A stretch of DNA of 64,000 nucleotides from Candidatus Auribacterota bacterium (GTDB lineage: Bacteria > Auribacterota > Tritonobacteria > UBA1439): assembly GCA_026392035.1 (NCBI GenBank), contig JAPLCX010000085.1, forward strand, positions 1,335 through 65,334, read 5' to 3'. A program made the position numbers and the translations under genes. Below the pieces are notes generated by a model. The model saw only the letters and a program-made list of their open reading frames with translations. It searched no databases and was not told the origin of the DNA. Positions within the stretch are counted from its first letter, which is position 1. Every line of letters starts with the position of its first letter. Positions 27,729 to 36,662 of this stretch are shown piece after piece.

Positions 27729-28106
27729 TTATCCTGCAACTACGCCTATCCCCCTGCATTTTGAACAGGGAAGACCGCATCCTTTCTCCCGGCCTCTTCC
27801 TTTGCAGGAAAGGCATACCTCAACCTTCTTGGTATGCACGTTTACAACGCCTTTTCCACGGCAGACAATACAGGCAAGGTCGGGATTCAGATGCGATTTC
27901 CCCGTACCATTACAATAAGCGCATATCACCGCAGGCGGTTGAATATTTATAGTCCCGACGCCTGAACAAACAAAACAGCTTGTGCTTTTCTTGGAAGGCA
28001 TAAACCCTCTTCCGCCACAAAATCCACATCTATAGACGTGTTTACTTAGGACTTCTCCTCTCCTGCCTGCCTTTTGACTTTTGAAATCAAAGGTTTTCCA
28101 CATCAT
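27729..28106 (-). CDS. Stand-alone DnaJ-type zinc-finger protein
   Basis: Six CxxCxGxG repeats. Confidence 0.85.
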   Translation of the reverse strand: MMWKTFDFKSQKAGRRGEVLSKHVYRCGFCGGRGFMPSKKSTSCFVCSGVGTINIQPPAVICAYCNGTGKSHLNPDLACIVCRGKGVVNVHTKKVEVCLSCKGRGREKGCGLPCSKCRGIGVVAG

Positions 28107-28138
28107 TATCTTGCCCGCCTATTAAATTAGGATTTTCT

Positions 28139-28453
28139 TTAATATTTTAGATGCATGGTCTTCCAGTCTTTGGATGGAGGCTTTTTGAATCCCCCGGGAT
28201 CTGCCTGGCTTCTTCTAGGTTCCGCTTCTTCTAGTTTTTTCATTTCCGCGTTAATCTCATCAATCCTTTTTTGCATACTCTTTTTTCTTTTATCTAAAAT
28301 ATAAGTTTCCTTTTCCAGCCTATCCTTCTCTTTTTTCAACATATATAAATCGAGATAGGTAGAGCTTTGCACTCTGGGGATTGATCTCTTTTTGGCGCTA
28401 TGCAGAGTCCTTACCTCTCTCAAACCGCTTAATTCCGTAACTCCTCTGACCAT
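28139..28453 (-). CDS. Hypothetical coiled-coil protein
   Basis: Heptad-like LYMLKKEKDRLEKE...IDEI; operon position and RBS. Confidence 0.65.
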   Translation of the reverse strand: MVRGVTELSGLREVRTLHSAKKRSIPRVQSSTYLDLYMLKKEKDRLEKETYILDKRKKSMQKRIDEINAEMKKLEEAEPRRSQADPGGFKKPPSKDWKTMHLKY

Positions 28454-28486
28454 TTTCCCCTCCCCATTAAGATCTCTAAAAAATCT

Positions 28487-28657
28487 CTATCTTGTCACCC
28501 CTCTTAAAGTAATCAGAACGCTCTTTTTCTTACTTGCTCCTATGATTTTCAGCTCAACCACCTGGCCTTCCTTAAAATCCGCCGCCCGCTGAATATTGCC
28601 GGGAAGTTTAATATTTCCTTCTTTATCCACCCTGGATAATGCCCGCATAAGTGTCAT
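28487..28657 (-). CDS. AbrB/MazE/SpoVT-type DNA-binding protein
   Basis: SRVDKEGNIKLP..IQRAADFKEGQVVEL; GGAGGTGA RBS. Confidence 0.75.
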   Translation of the reverse strand: MTLMRALSRVDKEGNIKLPGNIQRAADFKEGQVVELKIIGASKKKSVLITLRGVTR

Positions 28658-28696
28658 CTCATTCACCTCCAATGTCGCTTTGTTATTGCTCAAAAT

Positions 28697-29668
28697 CTAT
28701 ACTACAGAGGTTTCTTTCTCGGATTTCTGTCCAATCTTCTCTGCGCTCCTGGCCTTGCCAAGTTCCTTTTCCACAAGATCTCTGACTACTTCTTTCACCC
28801 TGGCTTGATTCGTCCTTGAGCCAACCCGGCTTGTCTCAGATGCCAGGATATCCTGACACATCTTCAGGAACCCATCTGAGTTGGAAGGAGTCATATTCTG
28901 GACTTTAAGCGTTTTTGCAATCATAATACAGCCGCGGATGGTTGGAGCGAATTCGCACTTTCCCGATTCCCTCAAGCCCCTGACAATATTAACTACCTTC
29001 TCGGCATGGTGTTTTGAGAGCTTGGATTTCGCCTGGGTTATTGCCAGCTCTGTCTCATAGTCAAAGTGCTCCAGGTCCATGGTAATCATTCTATCCCTTA
29101 GCGCATCCTGACTCCTGTGTACCCCGGCATATTCCTCAGGGTTGGAGGTAAAAACAGCGGTAAAATCAGGATCAACCCTTAAATATGGTTCTTCTCCACC
29201 TCTTCCCACCGGCAAATCCATCATCTTCTCCTGAAGGATGGAGAGGAGAATATTATTAGCTTCCGGGCGCGACCGGGTGAATTCGTCATAGATCAGCGTA
29301 AATCCGTACTTACAGGCAACGGTCAGCCGGTTATCCACCCATCTCTTTATCATATCCTCTTCTACCTTCAAAACCCTGGATACAAAGCGGTCAACCACCT
29401 TTCTGATTCGATAGCCATACTCGCCACCGACTAAATCAGAGGTGGTAAACTCTTCATCTCCATGAATCATCACCACCGGCCGTCCTATTTTACTCGCGAT
29501 ATGCATAGCCAACGTTGTCTTGCCGGTGCCGGATACCCCCCTGAAGTGAACCGGAAAGCCGGCCTTAATATAGGAAAGGCTCCTATCGGTAACATCCTTG
29601 ATATACTTGGTTTCCACAAAGTCCGGCAGAGGACTTGGCTCCAATACTGTGGTCATCTCATCAACCAT
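28697..29668 (-). CDS. gvpN: Gas vesicle AAA+ ATPase GvpN
   Basis: HFRGVSGTGKTTLA, YDEFTRS.PEANN.LL, TSNPEEYAGVH..QDAL.DR. Confidence 0.96.
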   Translation of the reverse strand: MVDEMTTVLEPSPLPDFVETKYIKDVTDRSLSYIKAGFPVHFRGVSGTGKTTLAMHIASKIGRPVVMIHGDEEFTTSDLVGGEYGYRIRKVVDRFVSRVLKVEEDMIKRWVDNRLTVACKYGFTLIYDEFTRSRPEANNILLSILQEKMMDLPVGRGGEEPYLRVDPDFTAVFTSNPEEYAGVHRSQDALRDRMITMDLEHFDYETELAITQAKSKLSKHHAEKVVNIVRGLRESGKCEFAPTIRGCIMIAKTLKVQNMTPSNSDGFLKMCQDILASETSRVGSRTNQARVKEVVRDLVEKELGKARSAEKIGQKSEKETSVV

Positions 29669-29674
29669 TTTATA

Positions 29675-30073
29675 TCACCCCTTTTCTGTTTGTCTGCCTG
29701 CCCGCCGAAGCCCTGGCGCAGGCAGGGAATTCGATTTCTTGCTTCTTAGAGTCTCATTCATTTTGTTCCAGGTTCTGCTTGCTTCAGCCAAATCTGCTTT
29801 TATTTCCTGCTCTTTCTTCTTAAAGTCTTTCCTCAGGGCATTGACATTTTTGATTAGCTCATCTCTCTTCCTTTGTAAATATGCTTTTTGCTCTTTAGCC
29901 ATTTCCTGATGAAACTTCCTGGAATCAGCTAAAAACTTCCTGGCATTATCTTGAACAGCGGCAGCTTGTTTCTTCAGCTCTCTGATGCCGCTCTTTCTAT
30001 CTTCGTGACCTGTTATAATATTTTCACAGATAGATTTCATGTCGCCTGATACATTCCCATGGACCAGCCTCAT
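29675..30073 (-). CDS. Helical GvpC-like protein (short paralogue)
   Basis: Related N-terminal I.E.II...E.R...I.EL motif and amphipathic helix; ATGA overlap with the upstream stop. Confidence 0.5.
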   Translation of the reverse strand: MRLVHGNVSGDMKSICENIITGHEDRKSGIRELKKQAAAVQDNARKFLADSRKFHQEMAKEQKAYLQRKRDELIKNVNALRKDFKKKEQEIKADLAEASRTWNKMNETLRSKKSNSLPAPGLRRAGRQTEKG

Positions 30074-30390
30074 TTGCGAACAACCCCTTTGCCCCCGCAT
30101 TTGATACAAGGTAACCCACTATCTATCTCTGCGCCAGTACCTTTACATTTAGGGCACTCTTCGGCAGCGCCTTTAACTGTGACCATACCTTTGCCATCAC
30201 ATACAGTGCAGGTAACCCGGGCATTATGAGGATAGACACCGGTTGCGTTACAAAAAGCGCATTTAATCGCCGGCTCCACAACCTCAACCTTACCTGTGCC
30301 TCCGCATACCTGACAGGTGGCAAGCTCGGATAGCAGATTAAACGGGTCTATACCTTTTCCTTTACAAAAAGCGCATCTTATTTTGCCCAA
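30070..30390 (-). CDS. Stand-alone DnaJ-type zinc-finger protein
   Basis: Six CxxCxGxG-type repeats. Confidence 0.85.
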   Translation of the reverse strand: MGKIRCAFCKGKGIDPFNLLSELATCQVCGGTGKVEVVEPAIKCAFCNATGVYPHNARVTCTVCDGKGMVTVKGAAEECPKCKGTGAEIDSGLPCIKCGGKGVVRK

Positions 30391-30414
30391 TTTCCACCTC
30401 CCCTCACCCTGGCC

Positions 30415-30795
30415 TTCCCCCCATCGTCTCCCCCTTTGGAAAAGGGGGTTAGGGGGGATTTTCCCCCTTCCGCCAATCCCCGGCTAAATCCCCCCTGCCC
30501 CCCTTTGCTAAAGGGGGGGGAATTGGAGGGCCTTCGCCACCTTCATTGCCTTCTCCCCCCGTTCCCCCTTTTGAAAAAGGGGGCTATGGGCACGGCCCCC
30601 TCTTTGGAAGATTTGCTCTCACCCTGTTCCCCCCTTTGAAAAGGGAACTATGAGGGCGGATCCCTCTTTGGCAGATCTGCTTTCACCCCGTTCCCCCCTT
30701 TGTTAAAGGGGGGGAGAATTGGAGGGCCTTCGCCACCTTCATTGCCTTCTCCCCTCGTTCCCCCCTTTGGAAAAGGGGGGTTAGGGGGGATTTGA
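30415..30795. repeat. Cluster of CCCCCTTT-N2-4-AAAGGGGG hairpins with an internal duplication
   Basis: About eight hairpins; GGAGGGCCTTCGCCACCTTCATTGCCTTCTCCCC appears twice (~30523 and ~30721). Confidence 0.85.
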
Positions 30796-30858
30796 GAAAT
30801 CTCCTCCACCACCGCCGCCTGCCGGTCCTTCAGACAGGCTTCCCAGTCAGGGGCGAGT

Positions 30859-31443
30859 TTATCCTCTCTTCTTTGGTCTTCCTCTTTTCTTTTTCGGCTT
30901 CGCGACAGCCTCTTCAACAGTCTTTACCCCAGCCCTGGCTTCGACCCCGATAGGCTTGCCGCCTCTTCTCTTTGCCATGGCAGCGGACATCGCCCACCAA
31001 TTTGCCGCCATCCTGCCGTTCTCATCCGCTAACCCCTTCAACATCTTCCTGGTGCCATTCACTAAATCCGCCGCAAACTTGGCAAGATCCTTCCTTTGTT
31101 CCTCGCTCATATCAGCGTGGGCGTCGGAAAACTCTTTCAGCTTGTTTCTGACGTGCGTCTCGATATCTTTAGTGTTCTTCGCGAGACTCTTTCTGAGGTC
31201 GTCGGTCATTTCCTTGTGATCTTTCTGAAACCCGCCAAGGAGATTTCCGACATTCTTGGTCAGATCTCCCACGAAGCCCCCCAGAAATTGAGCCTGTTCC
31301 GCGCTCATCTTCTTCCTATCGGACGTAAAGCCATTCAGCGTCTCATGAACATCGCCCACAAGTTGCCCGAGTGACTTTACCCTGAGATCATACGAGGATA
31401 TGATATCCTCAGTGATCCTCTTTATGCCATCTGCTATTCCCAT
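30859..31443 (-). CDS. GvpC-like 33-aa repeat protein
   Basis: Three exact 33-aa repeats starting FTSDRKKM, FQKDHKEM and FSDAHADM; basic tail KKRGRPKK. Confidence 0.65.
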   Translation of the reverse strand: MGIADGIKRITEDIISSYDLRVKSLGQLVGDVHETLNGFTSDRKKMSAEQAQFLGGFVGDLTKNVGNLLGGFQKDHKEMTDDLRKSLAKNTKDIETHVRNKLKEFSDAHADMSEEQRKDLAKFAADLVNGTRKMLKGLADENGRMAANWWAMSAAMAKRRGGKPIGVEARAGVKTVEEAVAKPKKKRGRPKKRG

Positions 31444-31466
31444 ATCATCCTCCTTTCCTTGTTCAC

Positions 31467-33376
31467 GGTACTGTCAAAATTTTTATCTTAAATATTGCCT
31501 AACTCACTAGAGTTAAGCATGTTGCTGCAAAATTAGCTTCCTCCCCCTATTTTCAGGGGTTTTTACCCTCTATTTCACCCCCAGGAGTTATCCACATGAG
31601 CCCGAGGCCGAGCGTTTCTGCAGAGCTCGGCTCGGCGAGGGTCCCGCCACGGCGGGATGGGTAACTCCGTGCTCTGAAATCCTTTTTCGCGTATAATTAC
31701 CGCATTGCCCTCTCTACAAAAGGAGCATGTCACCCATGAAAAAGCTCGATCGCTTTATCATCTGGATCTGCAGCAAGTTTAACCGCAAAGAAATCGAATT
31801 CATTGTCGCAGGCCTTGTCAGAATCCTCGTCGATCGTAACCCGGAAGTTAAACCGCGCGATGATTTCAAAGAGAAACATCCAAACTACCGCAACTTCTCC
31901 GTCGATCCCTTGCCGCCAATATCAGAACCCCTTAAAAAAAAGATCGAACTTGTTCTTGGAAAGAACTTCTTGCGCGATATCCCAAAGAACACGGCAAACC
32001 GTTAGAACCTGTTTCCCATCGATCTCAGAAACTTCTCGTCCCAAAACACATCAAATGCCCCTGCTGCAACGCCCCACATCGCTACCTCTACTACAACGAT
32101 GGCACTCGTCGTTCTCAAATCCGTTGCAAAGTCTGTTACACCCTCTCACAAATTGGCAAACACAAACGGCAACCCAAAACAGCCTTCTGGTGCCCCTACT
32201 GTCACAATGCGCTCTACCTCTGGAAACAAAAACCTCTCTTTACCATCTATAAGTGCTGCAACGATAACTGCCCCCGCTATCTCGAGAACCTCAACAAGCT
32301 CAACCCAAGCGAGAAAAAAGAACGTAGAAAGCGCGTATCTCAGTTTAAACTCTGCTACCAATACCGCGTCTATCACTTCAAAGATCAACAACTCGCTCCC
32401 TCTTCACCTATGCAACCGACAGTCGATTTAAGCCGCATCCATGCCCATCCCAGCCTCGTCGGCCTTATCCTTACCTTCCACATATCCTTTGCTCTCTCCG
32501 CCCGCAAAACCGCGCTCATGCTCAGACAGGTGTTCAATATCCGCATCTCTTATCAGACCGTCCTCAACTACTCCGAAGCCGCAGCCTATTGGTGCCACCG
32601 CTTCAATCGCAACTTCAAAGGCTCTATTGATACGATAGCTGCCATTGATGAAACATACATCAAGGTCGCGGGCAAATGGGCATTTACCTTCCTGGCTGTC
32701 GCCATCCGCTCACTTAAAATTATTGCCTATCATGTCGCGCATGATCGCTCTGTTCTTCCCGCCGTCTGCGCCCTTAAAGAAGCCATCAGAACCGCTCACC
32801 CCATGCAATCTCTTACTCTCGTCAGCGATGGCAACCCTTCTTATGGCGATGCCACCCATTTCGTCAACTCCTCCAAAAACGGCCACCCTCTCAAACACCG
32901 CAAGGTAATCGGCCTGCAAAACCTTGATCAGGAGTCAGAAACCTATCGCCCTTTCAAACAAATAATCGAACGCCTCATGCGTACTTACAAGTCCCATACC
33001 CGCTCAGCGTGTGGCTTTGACTCATTCTACGGCGCCATAATCCTCACCACTCTCGTCGTTACTCACTATAACTTCTTAAGACCGCACAGCAGCCTAGGCT
33101 ACAAAACACCTATCGTCATCGATGATCTTCAGTCTATACCCACCATCCAGGATCAGTGGTGTAAGATCATCGACATATCGATGAAGCTTGCTGCGTAGCT
33201 GATCCTCTTGTCAAAGAGCTTTACTCAACCTCAGGATAACTCTGCCTCTTACCTGCTTATTACCGCTCTCGTCCCGTACTTATCGCCTCGCAAAACCTCT
33301 GTTCCCCATACCTCCGCTATCGCTTACCCCTATATCTCGTCACTTCCTAACCTTTCATAGAACTTTTGACACTACC
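31467..33376 (+). mobile_element. IS6-family-like insertion sequence (1910 bp)
   Basis: TIRs GGTACTGTCAAAATTT and (reverse complement) GGTAGTGTCAAAAGTT; 8-bp TSD TTGTTCAC at 31459-31466 and 33377-33384. Confidence 0.9.
31727..33198 (+). CDS. DDE transposase with zinc-finger N-half, split by a -1 frameshift at an A8G tract
   Basis: Frame 2 from 31727; frame 1 is open from ~31939 to 33198 (CPCC, CKVC, CPYC; IDETYIK, SDG, IER). Confidence 0.85.
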
Positions 33377-33422
33377 TTGTTCACCGTTTAAAACCGCTTA
33401 TGTAAAAGAGCGGGGAGTATTC

Positions 33423-34163
33423 TTATCCTTTCTTACCCTTCCTCCTGCCTCCTTTCTTCCCAGGCTTTTTAACTGCATCTTCAACTGTGGTTACCTTCTC
33501 TCCAGCTTCAACCTTAACCAGCTTAGCTCCTTTTCTTTTGTCCATCGTAGCTGCCATGTCTTGCCAATTAGCAGCCATTTTCTCTCTTTCATCTGAAAAA
33601 CCACCTAGCAGTTTCTTTGTTTCACTGACAATACCAGCTACATACTTGGCCAACTCTTTCTTGAGCTCTTCGCTCATATCCGCATGCGCATCAGAGAATT
33701 CCTTGAGCTTGTTTTTAACGTGGGTCTCGATGTCCTTGATACCTTTTCTAATGTCCCCCATCATAGCCTTAAAGCCCTTAATTCTATCTGCTTCTCCTTT
33801 CTCAAGCCCTTCCTCAAGATTGTCAGCCATCTCTTTATGGGCCTTCGCTATTGCTTTCATCATGGTGCCAACATTTTTAGTGAGGTCTTTTACGAAGTCA
33901 GTCAAACTTTCTGATAACTCCTCACTCATTTCTTTATGCTCTTTCTGGAATCTTTTAAGCGTGCTTTCCACGTTTTTCGACAGATCCTCGACGAAATCGG
34001 CTAATGACTTAGCCTGTTCCGCGCTCATTCTCTTCCTGTCTTGCGTGAAGCCTTTTAAGGTCTTTTGGGTATCAGCCACCAGCTCACCGAGCGCCTTTAC
34101 CCGCAGATCATACGAGCCGATGATATCCTCGCCCAACCTTTTCATGCTATCTGCAATACCCAT
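33423..34163 (-). CDS. GvpC-like 33-aa repeat protein (long paralogue)
   Basis: 33-aa repeats FTQDRKRM, FQKEHKEM, IAKAHKEM, FSDAHADM; paralogue of 30859-31443. Confidence 0.65.
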   Translation of the reverse strand: MGIADSMKRLGEDIIGSYDLRVKALGELVADTQKTLKGFTQDRKRMSAEQAKSLADFVEDLSKNVESTLKRFQKEHKEMSEELSESLTDFVKDLTKNVGTMMKAIAKAHKEMADNLEEGLEKGEADRIKGFKAMMGDIRKGIKDIETHVKNKLKEFSDAHADMSEELKKELAKYVAGIVSETKKLLGGFSDEREKMAANWQDMAATMDKRKGAKLVKVEAGEKVTTVEDAVKKPGKKGGRRKGKKG

Positions 34164-34315
34164 AACTCCCTCCTTACTTTGTCTTTTCCTCTCTCCCCCT
34201 GCAAACAACCATCCGCGAGTGATACGAGTCTAGAAATCACCTATCTATATAAACCCCGGGAGGGTGATTTTTCTCTCTCCCGCTCCTCCCCCCGAGAGTA
34301 AATTACATTATGCAC

Positions 34316-34399
34316 GTTAGCTCGCTTTGGCTCGCTAATTAAAACCCTAAATCCTAAACCCGAAACTCTAAACAAATCCAAAACCCAAAAACCCAAACA
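34316..34399. repeat. GTTAGCTCGCT palindrome variant plus AAACCCT/AAATCC heptamer-like array
   Basis: Resembles the element ends at 15333 and 23429. Confidence 0.6.
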
Positions 34400-34430
34400 A
34401 AGACGCATGGACGATGAAAAAATTCCAAAG

Positions 34431-35114
34431 TTATTGTAATCCCGAGGCAGCAAAAGCATCTCCGGAACAAGTCCCCTGTGCTACCGAAGCGTACTCACTC
34501 CGATCACTGATCTGATCAGTCTCTTTCTGATACCGGAGCTGAATTTCCTGAACCGCCATCTTTAAATCTTTCACCTGAAGTTTATCACCCTTGGCCAGGA
34601 GACCCCTCAGGGATGCGAGAAGTTCCTGCTGTTCCTTCTCAAATTCATACAGCGCGCCCACAACCTCGTTCTTTCTCCGCTCTGTTTTTTCAAGAATCCG
34701 CCGTATCGTCTCCTGGAATTCTTTAACCCGCCGCGACTCCCCCCTGCCCAGAGAGCTCCTCAATTCATCAAGCTGTTCTCTCAACATCCTCGCCATCTCT
34801 CTCTGTTCGTCGAAATAACCATCCAGCAGATCGCGCACTTCCCTCTCCCGTTCCTCCTGCGCTGACACCACGCCATTCATCATCCCGTCAAAATCCCTCT
34901 TTCTTAGAGAACCGTTCTGGGCGAGAAGTTCGCGCAATTCCCCATTGGCATATTCGCGCTCCCTGTGTACATCAAGAAAAGATTCCTCAAAACCCTTGAG
35001 AAGCTGCTGCGTGGTGTCGCAAAGGGATTCAAACTCCCGTATGCGGGTGTCATAAGAGCCGAGCGCACTATCAATTATCGCTCGTACGTCACTGGATAGG
35101 GCTGCTTTTTTCAT
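34431..35114 (-). CDS. Coiled-coil protein, distant GvpC-like paralogue
   Basis: Directly downstream of gvpA; shares SYD.R...L with the repeat proteins. Confidence 0.55.
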   Translation of the reverse strand: MKKAALSSDVRAIIDSALGSYDTRIREFESLCDTTQQLLKGFEESFLDVHREREYANGELRELLAQNGSLRKRDFDGMMNGVVSAQEEREREVRDLLDGYFDEQREMARMLREQLDELRSSLGRGESRRVKEFQETIRRILEKTERRKNEVVGALYEFEKEQQELLASLRGLLAKGDKLQVKDLKMAVQEIQLRYQKETDQISDRSEYASVAQGTCSGDAFAASGLQ

Positions 35115-35157
35115 ATTGCACTTCGATTGGGTTGAACATCCTTGAAGGGTATTGCTT

Positions 35158-35198
35158 GGCGAGATATGCCCCGCCTTGCGGGGGATACCTCGGCAAGC
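35158..35198 (-). terminator. GC-rich hairpin after the second gvpA (terminator or mRNA-stabilising)
   Basis: CCCCGC-CTT-GCGGGG core with extended GAG.TAT..ATA.CTC arms. Confidence 0.4.
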
Positions 35199-35212
35199 AC
35201 CCTTTTCCCCGC

Positions 35213-35419
35213 TTACGCCGCTGACGCGGTAAGGCCGATCGCCTCGGCATACTTCAGGTACGTCTCGACTGATGCAACCACGACCCTGGCTTCAACAGCG
35301 AGCAGCTCAATACCCACCAACGACACTCTCACCCAGGCATCAACCACGATGCCCTTATCCAGTATCCGGTCGATAACCTCAACCAGGCTGGATGAACCGA
35401 TCGTTTTCTCTACTGCCAT
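35213..35419 (-). CDS. gvpA: Major gas vesicle protein GvpA (copy 2)
   Basis: [55 protein letters not shown]. Confidence 0.98.
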   Translation of the reverse strand: MAVEKTIGSSSLVEVIDRILDKGIVVDAWVRVSLVGIELLAVEARVVVASVETYLKYAEAIGLTASAA

Positions 35420-35523
35420 GTTAATTCACCTCCTTCCCTTATTGGATTTTTGCTGCAAACTCCTCGATGCCACTCACTCAAATCCCCCCTGCCCCCCTTT
35501 TCTAAAGGGGGAAAGAGGGGGAT

Positions 35524-35730
35524 TTACGCTGCCGACGCGGTCAGGCCGATTGCTTCGGCATACTTCAGGTACGTCTCGACTGATGCCGCCACGATTCTGG
35601 CTTCAACAGCGAGCAGCTCAATACCCACCAACGACACTCTCACCCAGGCATCAACCACGATGCCCTTGTCCAGTATCCGGTCGATAACCTCAACCAGGCT
35701 GGACGATCCGATCGTCTTTTCCACTGCCAT
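35524..35730 (-). CDS. gvpA: Major gas vesicle protein GvpA (copy 1)
   Basis: Same as copy 2 except I46/A48; GGAGGTGA RBS before ATG 35730. Confidence 0.98.
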   Translation of the reverse strand: MAVEKTIGSSSLVEVIDRILDKGIVVDAWVRVSLVGIELLAVEARIVAASVETYLKYAEAIGLTASAA

Positions 35731-35814
35731 TTGACTCACCTCCCTTCACTTAGTATTCCGCTTTGGACTGAGGAGCGGTCAACCCCGATTTTATACTCTT
35801 GATTCAATAGCGCG

Positions 35815-35841
35815 AACAAAACCCCCACCGAACCGGTGGGG
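35815..35841 (-). terminator. Intrinsic terminator-like hairpin inside the gvpA leader
   Basis: CCCCACCG-GTT-CGGTGGGG followed by GTTTTGTT on the minus strand. Confidence 0.55.
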
Positions 35842-35846
35842 TAGTT

Positions 35847-36005
35847 TCACCTATGCATTCCTTGAGACACTGACACTCTTTTGTGTGCTTCTGGTAATAA
35901 GCCTCTGCATACCATTGCGATCCACTCCTCGGGGCTTATATCCTCGCGTCTGCAACGCCTTAATATCTTCCCCATTTCCCTGAATATATGTTCTTGAGCT
36001 GTCAT
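35847..36005 (-). CDS. Small leader ORF (52 aa), absent from the supplied track
   Basis: MTAQEHIFREMGKILRRCRREDISPEEWIAMVCRGLLPEAHKRVSVSQGMHR; GGTGA 5 nt upstream. Confidence 0.45.
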   Translation of the reverse strand: MTAQEHIFREMGKILRRCRREDISPEEWIAMVCRGLLPEAHKRVSVSQGMHR

Positions 36006-36028
36006 TTCATTCACCGCCAATTAGAAAT

Positions 36029-36044
36029 AGCAATAATCATGCCA
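36029..36044 (-). promoter_or_regulatory. sigma54 (-24/-12) promoter of the gvp operon
   Basis: Minus strand TGGCATGATTATTGCT. Confidence 0.75.
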
Positions 36045-36176
36045 AACGCTATAGATTGATGAATGAATATTACCGAATTAACATATCGCTCTTGGGTCAA
36101 GTATATTACGAATATGCAGATCGTTCAGATTAGACATTAAGAAATGTTGTAGACACAGAGGGGGGCCTGAAAGAGT

Positions 36177-36214
36177 GGGACATTTTTGGGACGGAACAGG
36201 ACAGAATCGGGACA
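36177..36214. promoter_or_regulatory. Putative enhancer (UAS): four phased GGGACA-like boxes
   Basis: GGGACA 36177, GGGACG 36188, AGGACA 36198, GGGACA 36209. Confidence 0.45.
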
Positions 36215-36551
36215 GTAAATATATGGTATCGTTCAAAAGGTTAGGCATTTCAGCGTTACTAACAATTTCCTCCCCCTCCGAAGGGGGAGGACAGGTGGGG
36301 GTGAAAAGTAATTACCCGTATCTCTTACTGGTTGAGCAAGAACGAGTAAGTACGGCAGAGCCCCCTCCCCTTCATCCCCTCCCACGGCGGGGAGGGGGAA
36401 TATTGGTTATGGCCTTTGCCGAGACTTTTGAACGATATCAAGTTTTTAAGGAGTGAAGGGTATGGGTGAGGGGTTCAATACAATGAACACCCCGAGACTG
36501 AGAAGGTGTGAAAAAATCCAGTTTTCGGCTTATGTATGTGATATCAGAATA

Positions 36552-36656
36552 TTGTCATTGCGAGCGGAGCGAAGCAATCTCTTGTTCCGCAATGAGTTGA
36601 GATTGCCACGTCCGCCTCGTCCCGCTTAGCGGGACTCGGCGTCCTCGCAATGACAA
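36552..36656. repeat. TTGTCATTGCGAG...CTCGCAATGACAA palindromic element
   Basis: 13-bp TIR, internal GAAGCAATCT/AGATTGC arms, nested GTCCCGCTTAGCGGGAC. Confidence 0.85.
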
Positions 36657-36662
36657 TGTAAC

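Noticed and set aside
30436-30917. Short ORFs across the repeat arrays (also 16060-16541, 17706-17912, 41397-41840)
   Set aside because: Low-complexity translations of palindromic or heptamer repeats.
36160-36190. GAAAGAGTGGGAC resembles part of the c-di-GMP-I riboswitch
   Set aside because: The upstream GGCAAA and downstream GCAAAG elements are missing, and it faces away from gvpA; it is better explained as part of the GGGACA boxes.
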